Assembly: GCA_964016885.1 (NCBI GenBank)
Contig: CAXHJY010000114.1
Location: forward strand, 62,001 to 126,000
Length of the DNA: 64,000 nt
From: Eledone cirrhosa
Taxonomy: Eukaryota
Direction: 5' to 3'
Part shown: positions 1 through 13,629 of the stretch, piece after piece
How positions within the stretch are numbered: the stretch's first letter is position 1
How the letters are laid out: each line of letters begins with the position of its first letter
The notes under the pieces: generated by a model
Database searches by the model: none
What the model was told of the DNA's origin: nothing
The model's input: the letters and a program-made list of their open reading frames with translations, nothing else
Position numbers and translations under genes: made by a program

Positions 1-492
1 AACCCCTACCGATGCGCTGAACGAGTGTGACTTTTTAGTCCAGCCAGCGACTTGAAAACTCTGGTACAAAAACTACACTTGTGACAATTATTGACACATA
101 GTGCTGGACCCATGGTACCATGTGACGACAAGTGCAGAGAGATCTCCAGATATAAAGCAATGCCTGTGCTGTGAAGCTTTTATAGTGAGCAAAGGCACTG
201 CACAAAGCCAGTCCCACATTCTTAACCAAGATGATATTTACAAAAAAGAGGGACAAGTCAACATCATTGGATACCATCAGGGTTGCAGGTGTTATATCAG
301 AGTTTTCCTTCTCATAGAATTCTGCCTTGACAAAGGCTAAGGGGTCATCTCTCCCGGTGATTTTGGATGGCCATTGAGTCTTAAGAGCCCCTTTGAGAGG
401 TTTTGTTTTTAGTCCTGCAGGATGTCCAAAGTCACCCTCCTCACCAAGAAACCTTGGTGGGGTTGCCAGTTTAGTCGCCAACGACCCGATGC
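1..492 (-). mobile_element. Unclassified GC-richer repeat, possibly a LINE 5' UTR running off the window
   Basis: Abrupt switch from (TA)n to a more GC-balanced sequence at ~492; the translated ORF has no recognisable domain. Confidence 0.25.
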
Positions 493-654
493 ATATATAT
501 ACATAAATACATACACATACACATATATCTCTCTCTCTATATATACATATATATATATAATATATATATATACATAATAATATATATATAATATATACAC
601 ATATATATATATATATATATTGAAAATTGCAAACTTGACTGTCGCCACACATTA

Positions 655-693
655 TGAACCTGAAGATTGCGAAAGCATGAAAGTACTTGTTCA
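655..693 (+). ncRNA. Minimal type I hammerhead ribozyme (PLE-type)
   Basis: tgaac-CTGAAGA-t-tgc-gaaa-gca-t-GAAA-gtac-TT-gttca: 5-bp stem I, intact core, short stem II, palindromic loop 3 (GTAC). Lies in a ~230-bp insert between (TA)n tracts. Confidence 0.75.
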
Positions 694-868
694 ATTAACA
701 CTTAACATTTAATATTCTACCATACTATTTCATTCTAATACCATTATAAATTTTAAAGGATTGTAAATAAAACGAGTAAATCAGACAAAGTTGGAATTCC
801 TCTTATTAATATAATCTTCCATACACAATCATACACACCCGTGTATATTTATCTATCTATCTATCTAT

Positions 869-928
<60 letters not shown>

Positions 929-1379
929 ATATGTAGGTATATGGATATATATATATATATATATATGTATACACCACAAAATAAGAGAAAAAAATTACCC
1001 ATTGCAGAAGCTACTGCCAAGATTTTTTTGAGAAAATGAAAAAAAAAAAATGTTTTCTAATGTTTAAACTCTTGGATTCTGAGAATCCTTTGGCTCTTAG
1101 CCTTTAACTTTTGACAATTTTCTGAATTTTGGAGAGAAAAGAATTTTTTCTTAGTTCCCCTCCACAAAAGTATCTTTAACAGACAGGCTGAAGAAGACAC
1201 ACACAAAAACACACGCACAACAAACCCACACATACACAAACGTGTTTGTGCATGCATATACGCACACACATGTGGGTACTGTTGTATATACACCCTCACA
1301 CTCTCTCTATATACATATGTGTATATGTGTGTGTGTGTATGTATGTACACATACCAGCCTACCACAGAATTTAGCTCCT

Positions 1380-1845
1380 ACATCGCCTATCTTCCTTTGA
1401 ACTATTGACCACTAGATTAAACAATACGTTCACAGCATATTTTTCAAATCAACTTCCTCCATTACAAAAAAACAAATACTGTTCTCATTTCCAACCAACC
1501 CTTTCAACAAGAAGGATGGAAGAAAAATTATTCAAACATTCGATTTTGATTTTAATTTTGATTTTAATTTTAAACCTTTATTTTTTTTACTGCTATCAAC
1601 TCTTTTTAATCTTTTACACTACGGTATATTTGACAAGATGGATTTTAATACATCGAAACCGGTAATTTTTTCATATACTTTATATATTTATAAAAAAAGT
1701 TTTTTAAAAAAGAATTGCCCCTCTCTTTTTTTAATAACATTATATTTTTAATAACACTATCTTTTCAATAATGTCACTTTGACGAATCAAAAAAGAAAAA
1801 CAGACCCTTAAATATATTTCCCGTGCTATTTCCGATTTCATCTTT
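1380..1845 (+). mobile_element. Decayed Penelope-like 3' end with degenerate hammerhead (1630-1664)
   Basis: TTGACAA-gatg...catc-GAAA-ccgg-TA (two substitutions from CTGACGA); upstream peptide TLSTRRMEEKLF is loosely like a PLE GIY-YIG C-terminus. Confidence 0.4.
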
Positions 1846-1893
1846 TCTCTCTCTTTCTCTCTCCCCTCTCTCTCTCTATATATATATATAGAG

Positions 1894-1959
1894 AGAGGTG
1901 TTATTGGAGAATTTATCTAAATGCGTCAAATATTCTTAACGAACACGTCGTCTTATAGT

Positions 1960-2007
<48 letters not shown>

Positions 2008-2073
2008 ACTATAAGACGACGTGTTCGTTAAGCATATTTGACCTATTTAGATAAAATCTCCAATAACACCTCT
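1894..2073. repeat. Inverted repeat, ~69-bp arms around a (TA)n loop
   Basis: 1894-1962 is the reverse complement of 2005-2073 with a few mismatches. Confidence 0.9.
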
Positions 2074-3029
2074 ATATATTAAATATGTTCAATATAATTG
2101 CATATTCATATATTTAATGTCGCAGTTTGTGTAGAGAATGTGGTCATGAGTTTAGAACAGGTCAATTACTGAGTGACAACACATTTGCAATGGCGAATGT
2201 GACAAGGGAGTATAGGATGGTGCGGAACAAATGTCACAAAAGACTTCTTTCGATGATGAAAATGATGGGGGTTTTGTTTGTATTCACCGACTTTTAAGTG
2301 TATAGCTTTTTGGTTCAGCTTACGATCGTGAAGTTCATGAGTTCAATTTCTGGTGGCGCGTTGAGTCCTTAAACAAGACCATTTATTTCACGTTACCTCA
2401 ATGTACTCAGTTAACAGTTACTTATCTTTATCACAGACATGCCAGTGATAGCATAAATCAGCGAAACCTCTTCTGGTTGTTCTTTAACCCATCAAATCGA
2501 CCACACTTGCACTAATCTACTGGTTTATACTCATGGGAAAGTTAAACTATGCGTAAACACATATTCTCAGTGATCTTAAACTAAACCATTATGTATTTTC
2601 AATAATTAATATTTAATCATTTCTCTGTACTAATTCTTACAGTTGAAATTAAAAGGTATTTTTATGAAGAATTAATCTATATTAAGCTGTTATTATTTTG
2701 TTTTCAGAGATTAAAGTTTTAAAATATTCATTCATATAAAACTAAACTTAAAATGATTTTCATTTGGAAAAAAATCATCATCTAATTTATAATTAAGAGA
2801 TAAACAAGATCATCATATAATTCGAAATATCATATAAACAGATGGAAACAATATGAAAAATATGTCTGATTGCTAGTATGAGAGCAGTTGGATGGTTCGC
2901 GAAACAGATATATTCTTGGCAATAATTAGATTGAGACTTAGGAAGGAAATAGCAGATCAAAATTTAATATGATAAATGTGTGAAGTATTGGTGAATTTTA
3001 TGCACATATTTGTATTGTATTGTATGATT

Positions 3030-3305
3030 CCATAACTCCTGATAGAGTCGTAAGGGCACCGTATTGACATACGGTGTTTCTCGGGCATTTTAAGCCTGGC
3101 GGAGCCCATCCCCATCCAGGCCTGAGTACAGCAGATTTCTTCCAGAGAAAGATAGAAAGTGAGAGAGAGGAAATGAGAAAGAGATATAGAGGATGAATCT
3201 ACCCCAGTACTAGACTAGCACTTTCTTATCAACCTCGAGAAGATGAAAGGCAAAGTTGGCCTCGGTGGGATTTGAACTCAGAGAGCAAAGAGCCGGAACG
3301 AATAC
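3030..3305 (-). mobile_element. Composite old SINE: tRNA-SINE body, (CT)n linker and ~120-bp 3' module
   Basis: Same arrangement recurs at ~3935-4215, 16545-16850 and 41692-42130. Confidence 0.55.
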
Positions 3306-5074
3306 CATAAAAGTTAAAATTCAACAGCTGGAATTGAACAGCTGGAACACTCATCGTCGAAAGTGACGGATATCCATTCCAGTAATCAGTTAATCTGAAG
3401 GATGGTAGGTCCAGATTTATCATCAGCTAACACTTAAAATGGCGAAAGCCATAATTCGTTTTAGATTTACGTTGTTGCAATAAGCCGCCTCTTAATGGTA
3501 TTTTCTTTCCTTCTCAAATAAAATTTTAAGTCTTACCATTAGGAAATAAACACGTAAACGGTTGCCTGCACTAGAGAAATGAGTTAGCACGTGAAACAAT
3601 TAATTTATCTGGTGGTACAAATGGATAATACATATTTTATTCTCCAATGGTTTGACTTACAATTCTTCCTAATGATGAAATGAGTATCTTCAAAGTGTAA
3701 TATATCATTAAAACACTAATTATAGGCACTTTAGGTTATTGATTGCAAAGTATAATCTCGAACTCGAAAGGTTACACAGAATGACAGCAATGTGACAGAG
3801 TCGTCAGTACATAATGCAGCATCCTGCCTTGCGGTATTTCAACCGGCTTTTGGTTCATAGAGTTTAAGTCTCACAGAAGAGAATTTTAACTTTTACCCTT
3901 TCGGGATTGGTAAAATGAAGTGCTAGTCCTCGAAGACAGCGAATTGGCAGAGATGTTAGAATGACGTGTAAAATGCTTTGAGGTATTCGTTCCAGTTTCT
4001 TGCACTCTGAATTCAAATAACGCCAATGTCAACTTTGCCTTTCATCCTTACGAGGTCGATAAAGTACAAACACAATAGTGAGGTCAATTCTTCCCTATTA
4101 CTTATTCTCTCTCAAGGAAATCGACTGTGTTGCGACCAAGAGAGGGATGAGCTCTGCTAAGTACAAAATGCCTAACACATGCCGAGTATCAGTACGGCCC
4201 ACCTACGATTCCGGCCTTTCCCCTTTCTATATAAAGTTATAAAGAGAGAATCATTTCCTCTTTTTGAAAATGTTTTGTGGAATGAACATCCGTTGATTTC
4301 AATAATGACTGTTCCGGTTATTTGATCAATATAAGAGCCTGCTCATGAAATTAACGTGCAATTAGCTGAATATTCTACAGACACGTGTAATTGTAAAGAA
4401 TTCCTCGAGGAGGTTAAGCATGACACATTGTGGGGCAAGGCTGGTCCTTTGGACTACATATACAAGTAATTGTTGCCAACTGAGTGAATTTGGGCAACTT
4501 GAAATAAAGTGTCTCGCTGAAGGACAAAATGCGCCACCTGGTCCAGGATACATATAAAGAGATAACCTCTCTAAATTGAGAATCGAACTCCCGACCTTAC
4601 GATTGTGAATTGAACCCACCTAACCACTAAGACACGTGTCTGCACAAATGTCCGTTAAAGAAGAAAGAAATGACAACCCATTAAGAGATTGAATTAAAAA
4701 CACCACCAACAAATAAAACAAGAACACAAAAACGTAACATCTTAAATAGACACATTTATGCTAAAGTCAATTTTCCTTTCAAATACCTGCATCTTTTTGT
4801 TATAGTATTATCTTAGCTTTAAATAAACAGTTTGAAAAAAATCCCTTCTTTGGAAAGTAATTCCAATGTTTTATTAGCATTCAGAATACTTGGAGACAAT
4901 TCTGTCATTCTCTAAGTCTGTTTGTTTATTAGAAATTTGCAAGCCTTCTTTATAGTTCTTTACATAAAATGTTTCTGTAAACATTGTTATCCAATAACAG
5001 TAAGTATGCCTACATCACAATTATCAGGAATAGAACAATAAATATATAAGGCTTTACATCTGATACGTGGACAT

Positions 5075-5410
5075 TGCATTGCCAAATGGTTAAGGAGTTT
5101 ACTTGGAAATCATTGGACTCCTTGTTCGATCCCACCAGTGTGTGACATCTTGAGCAAGTCGACCTGTCTGTGAATGAAAATGGGCAGATGGAAACTGTTT
5201 CGAAGCCCGTTGGATGAACTGTACCTGTAATTCAAAGGTCAGGCCTTGCCACACACAATGTCATGCTGAATTTCTCTGAGAATTGCGTTAACTGTAAACG
5301 TGTCTGTGGAATGCTCAGTCATTTTCACGTTAATTTCATGAACAGGTCGTTCCGTTGATCGAACAATTAGAGCAGCCATTGTCGAATCCGAAGGAGGTCC
5401 ATTTCATTCG
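5075..5410 (+). mobile_element. tRNA-derived CORE-type SINE (family B)
   Basis: A-box tggttaag, B-box gttcgatccc, CORE-like cttgagcaagt, shared body (acgtgtctgtggaatgctcag...gttccgttgatcg) and catt tail. Confidence 0.7.
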
Positions 5411-5719
5411 ATTCTCATTTTTGTTTCTTTTAAATACACGCGGTATGGTTTTATTTCAGTATATTTGTCTGTAAGTCCTGCATTAAACGGAATCAAATGT
5501 GAATCGGTGTGTAAATAAACAGTTTGTCTTGATCCAGCAGACCTATGATTAAATGCATTCAAGCAATGACTAAGTCGTGTGTGATTTGAGGGAGATTTGA
5601 CAGCTATTTCTTCCTAACAGGTTAGGTAACTAATTTTGAGGCTCCCTCAAGGTACCTATATTTAGCTAGGTGACTTGCTTAAGTTCATAGTTAAATGAGT
5701 TGCATATACATGTAGCGGA

Positions 5720-6050
5720 ATGGAATGGAATGGACATCCCTCAGCTTCACGATGAAGCTTCCAGTTTGCTCAACGGAACAGCCTGCTCAAGAGATTAACA
5801 TGTAAGGAGCTGAGCATTCCACAAACACCTGTAGGCTTAATGCAATTCTCAGAGAGATTCAGCGTAACACGGTGTATGACATGACAAGCCGTTTGGATTA
5901 AAGGTACAGTCGATTCAAGGGGTTTCCACAATTTCCGCCCGTCTATCCAGTTTTCTTCACACTTGCCCCTGATTCCATGCTGTGGGATCGTGATCATGAC
6001 CTTATGATTGCGAAGCGACCTCCTTAACCATTCAACTATGCTGTAGACAT
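5720..6050 (-). mobile_element. SINE family B copy
   Basis: Reverse complement of the family B body with a (tggaa)n tail. Confidence 0.65.
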
Positions 6051-6389
6051 ACATGGACATATCTCGCTGGCGAGTAGTAGCAATTGTTGTTCTTTGAGAG
6101 AAATAGTACCGGGTTAGGAATTTTACAGTATGAGGGTGCTTGCCTCAGAACTATGAACAAGTAGGTGACCCTCTTCCGTACTTGCAAAACTCATGTACGA
6201 TGACATGGAGTGGACTCAGAGTGGAAGACATATCGCACAACCTACGATAATGCATAGACACCGTAATTTATTCAGCATAGCTGCGTAGTTAAGAATTTCC
6301 TTTCGCAATCATGTGATTCTCAGTCCTTCGACAAGTGTTTTCTATAATTCACGGTTTGACGAATTCCTTGTGAGTGGAAGTTGGTATAT

Positions 6390-7154
6390 ATATATCTATC
6401 TATCTATCTATCTATCTAAGGCGGGTAAAATTCCCGAGATCCATGGACGAGTTCTCTCCAGCGGTCTCTGTCCCTCATTATCGCTGCCATATCCTGCATC
6501 TCCAACAGACCAGTGTATGTCCTTAGGGCATCAACATATGTTAACCTTGGTCTTCCTCTTCTAGTGTGTCCATGTAGGGGCTCCCAAAGGAGCACTGAGT
6601 GCAATGTCAACTCTGGATGTCGGTGAGCATGTCCAGCCAACCTCAGTCTCCTCTGTGTCACTTTTGAGCTGACTTTTGGGATGCTCCCATACAGCTCTGA
6701 GTTTTTCATCCTCAGTGTATACTGATTAATGTTCAGAGCCATCCTCAGCATTCTCGTGTAGCACCCATCCACCATCTGAGTGAGTTTCTTGGTCAGTGTC
6801 CAAGTCTCAGACCCATACAGCAGCACAGACTCCACTACAGCAATGAAGAGGCGGACTTTCAGGTCTCTACGAAGGTCCGACTTCCACACCGATCTCAAGC
6901 TGTGGCACGCCGCCCAGGCCTTGCTCTTCCTCTCAACCACATCATCCTCCGTATTCCCAATCTTTGCTCCCAAATACAGGAAGTCTTCAACCAATTCCAG
7001 CGGCTTCCCGCCTACATTAGTGATCCCCTCTGGCTTCTCAACATTCTCTACCAGATATTTTGTTTTAGTCTCATTCATTCTCAGCCCCACACTCATCGAC
7101 ACAGTCTCAACCTCCCGCATCAAATCCTCTGCCTCCTTCACTGTATTTGTCACC
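6390..7154 (-). mobile_element. 5'-truncated RTE-clade LINE (RT C-terminus/thumb)
   Basis: Open 246-aa frame with GLRMNETKTK, VEDFLYLG, VESVLLYGSETWT, RRLRLAGH, RGRPRLTY; (TAGA)n tail starts at the stop codon; (TA)n at the 5' side. Confidence 0.9.
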
Positions 7155-7210
7155 ATATATATATATATGCATATTTACACACACACACACATATGTATAT
7201 ATATATATAG

Positions 7211-7470
7211 TGGAGGCACGTGGCCTATTAGTAAGGGTGTTAGACTTACGATCATAATGTCATGGATTCGATTCCTGGGTTGCGTGTTGTGTTCTTTAGC
7301 AAAGCACTTCATTTCACGTTGCTTCAGTATACTCAGCTGAAAATGAATACCAGCAATACCTGGTGGTTTAACCCTGCGATGAATTGGCATCCTGTCCAGC
7401 GGGAGTCTTGTACTCTCAGTCACTTCACGCCATGAAACCTGGCTGAGTAGCACTGGCCAAGTGAGCCTTC
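7211..7470 (+). mobile_element. tRNA-derived CORE-type SINE with a different tail
   Basis: tRNA-like head, CORE-like agcaaagcacttcatttcacgttgc, tail ccctgcgatgaattggcatcctgtccag. Confidence 0.65.
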
Positions 7471-7739
7471 TGACAGACTTTAGACTTTTAGATATATACA
7501 TATGCGTGCGTGTATTTAAGTTCTATAAGTTAGAGTTTCGATAAAAAAAAAAAAAAGCCACCAAAAAAACAAAACAAAAACAGACTGATAATATAGATGC
7601 AGGTAATGAAATCCAGTAACCTCGATTGTTTACAATAATCTGACTTGTCCGCCATCTTTATCCTCATCTCGATTTTACATATTTCCTATAATTATAGTAT
7701 TATACTACTTATGCTAAAAATGTATTTTTTAACTCTTGT

Positions 7740-7843
7740 ATATAATATATATACATACATATATACGTTTACAAATAAGTACACACGCACACATGTATAT
7801 AATATATATATATATATGCATTTACACAAACACATACATACAC

Positions 7844-7928
<85 letters not shown>

Positions 7929-8611
7929 TTTACACAACCACATACATACATACACACATATATATACATATATATATATACATACATATATACGTTTACA
8001 AATAAGTACACACGCACGCATGTATATAATATATATATATATATATGCATTTGCACAAACGCATACATACACATATATATACATATATATATATATATAT
8101 GCAATTACAAAAACACATACATACATACACACATATATATATATACATATATATAAATGAGAGGTATAGAGATTGTTTTAGCGAGAAGCTAACAGCATTC
8201 TATAACATATATGCGACTATAACGTCAAGATGGGAAAAGTAGTTAACGTAAGATTTAGGAAAAATAATTCAAACTCATCTCAAAAGAGAATCAGGATACA
8301 AATTCATCCACAGAATTTAGTAAAATCCAGGGAAAAATCAATAGACCTTTAACTCATGATAAAATAAAGTTTAAAACACTTATCCTTCAATTTGGAATAA
8401 CATCAAATGCTCTGTATAGTCTTAAAAGACTATTTCATGAAAACTTTCAGTGGAGATGGTCACGGTTGGATTTCATTCATCAGCAGAGCTCAACAGAAAA
8501 CCATATATATACATACATATATATACGTTTACAAATAAGTACACACGCACGCATGTATATAATATATATATATATATATATATATGCATTTGCACAAACG
8601 CATACATACAC

Positions 8612-8643
<32 letters not shown>

Positions 8644-8673
8644 GCAATTACAGAAACACATACATACATACAC

Positions 8674-8704
<31 letters not shown>

Positions 8705-8919
8705 CATACATATATACGTTTACAAATAAGTACACACGCACGCATGTATATAATATATATATATATATATATGCAATTACACAAACACATACATACATAC
8801 ACATATATATATATACACATATATATATATACATACATATATACGTTTACAAATAAGTACACACGCACGCATGTATATAATATATATATATGCATTTGCA
8901 CAAACACATACATACACAC

Positions 8920-9012
<93 letters not shown>

Positions 9013-9075
9013 CACAAACACATACATACACACACATATATATATATATAAACATATATGCACACACACACACAC

Positions 9076-9136
<61 letters not shown>

Positions 9137-9250
9137 CATAGATACACACAGCTATATATATATGTATATCTATATATATATGTATATATATATATATGTA
9201 TTTATACCTATATATACATGCATACTTACATATATACATATGTATGTATG
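7740..9250. repeat. Compound (TA/CA) minisatellite, five copies of a tacgtttacaaataagtacacacgc motif
   Basis: Motif at ~7764, 7991, 8524, 8715 and 8843, separated by variable (TA)n; interrupted by unique sequence at 8157-8500. Confidence 0.85.
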
Positions 9251-9497
9251 CTAGTTGTGATATGGCATATGAGTTACGTGGAAGAACCATCTGAACGAAG
9301 TTATTGCCAATAATTATATACAAGAGATTTAGAGATTAGATACTTCTTCAATGTAAGTATTAGATATAAATGGCTATCAGAGCAATTAGACCAGATTTTA
9401 CGTGATCTGTAATTTTTATCTCATCTTTATTAAGTTTCTACCTATTTACTCTTTTTACTCTTGTCTTAAATCAGTGATAGTGTTTATTCATAAAAAG

Positions 9498-10340
<843 letters not shown>

Positions 10341-10795
10341 ATATATATATATATATATAAGTATATACATACATGTATACATATATATACACAGATACAT
10401 AGCTACACAGACACACACATATATATATATATACATGCATACACACATACAGATATATATATATATAGTGAATGAAGCAACAGGGAAACAGAAACAACAA
10501 TATGACGAAAGATGGTGTAAATTAAGAATGTGTGTTTGTATATATATATATATGTGTGTGTGCGTTTATGTATATATATATATATACATATGAGTGTATA
10601 TGTAGGTCTATATACATGTGTGTATATAAACATAAACACACGCACACACACACACACACACACAAACATACACGCCCTCACACATCCACATACACAGACA
10701 CAGACACACATACACAACCCGACGCCTGTGTGATTATCTCATCTAACCTTATTGAGATTTGACAATATTCTATTAGTCATTATCTAATAAACATA

Positions 10796-10983
10796 GGGCA
10801 GTGGTTTGGCAGTATCGGAAGAGCGTCAGACACCATGTTTTGCAGCATAGTTATGGCCCTTTGCGTTCTGAGTTCAAATCCGCCGGGGTTAACTTTGCCT
10901 TTCATCCTTACGGGGTCGATAAAATAAAGTACCAGTAATGCACTGGGTAATTGCTGGCCTTGTGCCAAAAACTAGAAACAATT
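10796..10983 (+). mobile_element. Young tRNA-derived SINE (family A) with 16-bp TSD
   Basis: A/B boxes (tggcagtatcgg; gagttcaaatcc), core ttgcctttcatccttacggggtcgataaaataaagtaccag (MetaSINE/MESC-like from memory); TSD attatctaataaacat at 10779-10794 and 10981-10996. Confidence 0.9.
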
Positions 10984-11264
10984 ATCTAATAAACATGTAT
11001 TTGTGACAGTTACTGCTAAAGAACGATGGTTATTACACCATATATTACTCCCGTCTATTAACCCCTTGCTATAGTCGCAGCATTGCCGAATGGTTAAGTG
11101 GTTTACTTAGTAGATATTAGTACACGGTTTCGATATCACAGTATGGCATCAATGCAAGTGTCGTTTACCATAGACACGGCTTGATCCATGCCTTGTGAAT
11201 GAAATTGGGTAGATGGAAACTGTTTGGAAGCCCGTGGGATCGACAGAATCTTTTGGGGACGCAA

Positions 11265-11785
11265 TATAGCCGAATGGTTAAGAAGTTTGCTTCACAATCA
11301 TTTGGTCCCTGGTTCAATCCCACTGAGGGATACCTTGGGCATGTATCACTTACTGTAGTTCAGGTAGACCCATGTCTTATGAAGACCTGTCAATTCTCCC
11401 CCTCCGAAGGGAGATCTCCCATCCTCTTTAGGGTGGATGAGGAATGTCTTATGTAAAATCTCCCCATTTTGCCTCATTTCTCCCCGTTTGGGGGCACTTT
11501 GTTTCATGGTACACCCTGTTTGGGGTTTTAGAGTTTGGCAGGTCTGCTTATGAGTAAAATTGGGTAGACTGATACTGTCTGGAAGTCAGTCGGACTTATT
11601 GGACTTGTAATCCAAAGGTCCAGTAATGTCAGGCACACTGTATCACTCTAAATATTCCTGAGAACTTCATTCAAGGTACACGTGCCTGTGGCATGCTCAG
11701 CCGCATATACGCTAATTTCATGAGCTGACACTTTCTTGCTCGAACACCTAGAACACTCATTGTTGAAAGCGACGGAGATCCATTG
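11265..11785 (+). mobile_element. SINE family B copy interrupted by a MITE
   Basis: Family B head and body on both sides of 11383-11546. Confidence 0.65.
11383..11546. mobile_element. hAT-like MITE
   Basis: TIRs agacctgtcaa / ttggcaggtctg; cttatga duplicated on both flanks; homologous to 36125-36298 and 40236-40431. Confidence 0.7.
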
Positions 11786-12605
11786 ATTCCTTCCCTTCTT
11801 TCTGCTATTTCTGTTATTCTTTCTAACACACTCTTCTTCATTATCTTAGTGAAACTTAGATTAACGTATTTCGTATGAAGAAGATTCTCCGCTAAATGTG
11901 ATTATTTGGAAAAGAAATTGTTCGTACATTTGATAAACTGAAAAACATTTTCAGTGAATCAATATTTCAAACACATGCCTATATACATATACATATATAC
12001 GCACACACTTACGTCCATACACATGCCTTTGTCTTTATTACTTCCTATCCACCTTTCTTTCGTTGTTTAAGTGAAATGTTCGTTTGTCTCACGAAGAAAA
12101 AAATCTCTTATAAATCTATTTTCAAAATAAATTAGTCGCTCATTTGATAAATTTTAAATGTTTTTTTTGTGAAACACTCTTTCAAATTCGATTTTCTTTT
12201 AAATCTGAAAGTTGGGCATCTCTAATAATATATTTTATGTCAGACGGCGCATAGACTAAGTCGTCAGAATGTCGGACAGAATGTTTTATAGCATTCACAC
12301 CGGCTCTTGAGGCTCCAAGGTCAAATTCCGTCAAGGTCAACTTTGTCTGTCATCTTTTCAAGCTCGATAAATAAAGTAGCAGTTCAGTACAGGTGTCGAT
12401 TTTCTCTCCCTTACTCTTACACACACTCTCTCTCCCAGGTAGCAATTTTTTGGGAGAGGGGAAGTCTCAGTACTTTATATTATAGATCCCGGAAGAATGA
12501 AAAGGCAAACTCAACCTCGGCGCGATTTGAACTTAAAACGCATCGCAAAGTATTTTGTTCGATGTCAACGATTCCACCAATCTACTAGTCTAGAAAATAA
12601 TAATG

Positions 12606-12819
12606 GTTTCTTATATAGGCACAAGGCCAGCAATGTTTTGGGGGGAGGGGAAAGTCGATTAAATTTACCCCAGTGCGTGACTGGTACTTTATTTTATCGA
12701 CGCAGTAAGGATGAAAGGCAAAGTTAACCTCGGCGGGATTTGAACTCAGATCATAAAGGGCCGTAACTCTATGCTGCAAAGCATGGCGTGCGACCCTCTA
12801 CCGATACTGCCAATCCACC
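12606..12819 (-). mobile_element. SINE family A with ~27-bp flanking duplication
   Basis: aatctactagtctagaaaataataatg at 12579-12605 and 12820-12846. Confidence 0.88.
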
Positions 12820-13629
12820 AATCTACTAGTCTAGAAAATAATAATGATATAAAATCAAACTGTATTTCCAAGCTTTATGTTTCTTTTGAGGAGGAGGGGT
12901 ACATTAAATAGAGACGAAAATAGCAGAATAATTTCACCTTTGCAGTGAGTCGAGAGGGACCAGTGAGCATAATGTATTAACCCTTAACATCGTGTACCGC
13001 ATGAAACAACATGAGCAATACATTCTCAAAAAGTACAAAACAGCACTATGGCTGCATCACATTTTCCCAATGATTTGTCTACTAGTAAAAATACTACAAA
13101 TATTTTAATTAAAAAACTTCATGAAACCACATTAGCAAGACATTTTTGATAAATAAAACAGTACTATGATTGGACCACGTCAGAAATTTACTCTAATACT
13201 GCAAATCTTCACAATCTGTCCACTTGTAATGATACTATAAATAGTTGAATTAACAAACCAGATTTTAGATATTTTCTGCTAAATCATTAGAGAATGTTAA
13301 GATATTAATGGTGAAGAATCGGATAGCAAGAGATATTGTGACGTAAAAATGGAGAACCAGAGAGATATTAACCGTTTTAATACCAAACAGCATGAAACCG
13401 ACGTTAACACCCTATCCAAGTATCACTCTATCGAAGCGACACTTTTTCACCCTACCCAAGCACTATATGCATTTTACTCAAGTAGCACTCAGTATCCAAA
13501 CTAAGCAGAACTCTACACTTGAAGTTCCACTCTACACCATATCCAAGTGTCACTCGGTACCCTATCCAAGCGGCAATTTTTCTCCTGTCCAAGCGGGATA
13601 CTGAACATCATTCAAGTAACACACTGCAT

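Noticed and set aside
35-694. 219-aa minus-strand ORF as a gene
   Set aside because: It runs through a TA tract and has no recognisable domain.
7585-7618. Hammerhead-like CTGATAA...GAAATCCAGTA
   Set aside because: The core is altered and stems I-III do not pair convincingly.
10796-10885. tRNA gene
   Set aside because: The A/B boxes belong to the SINE head; there is no complete cloverleaf and the SINE body follows.
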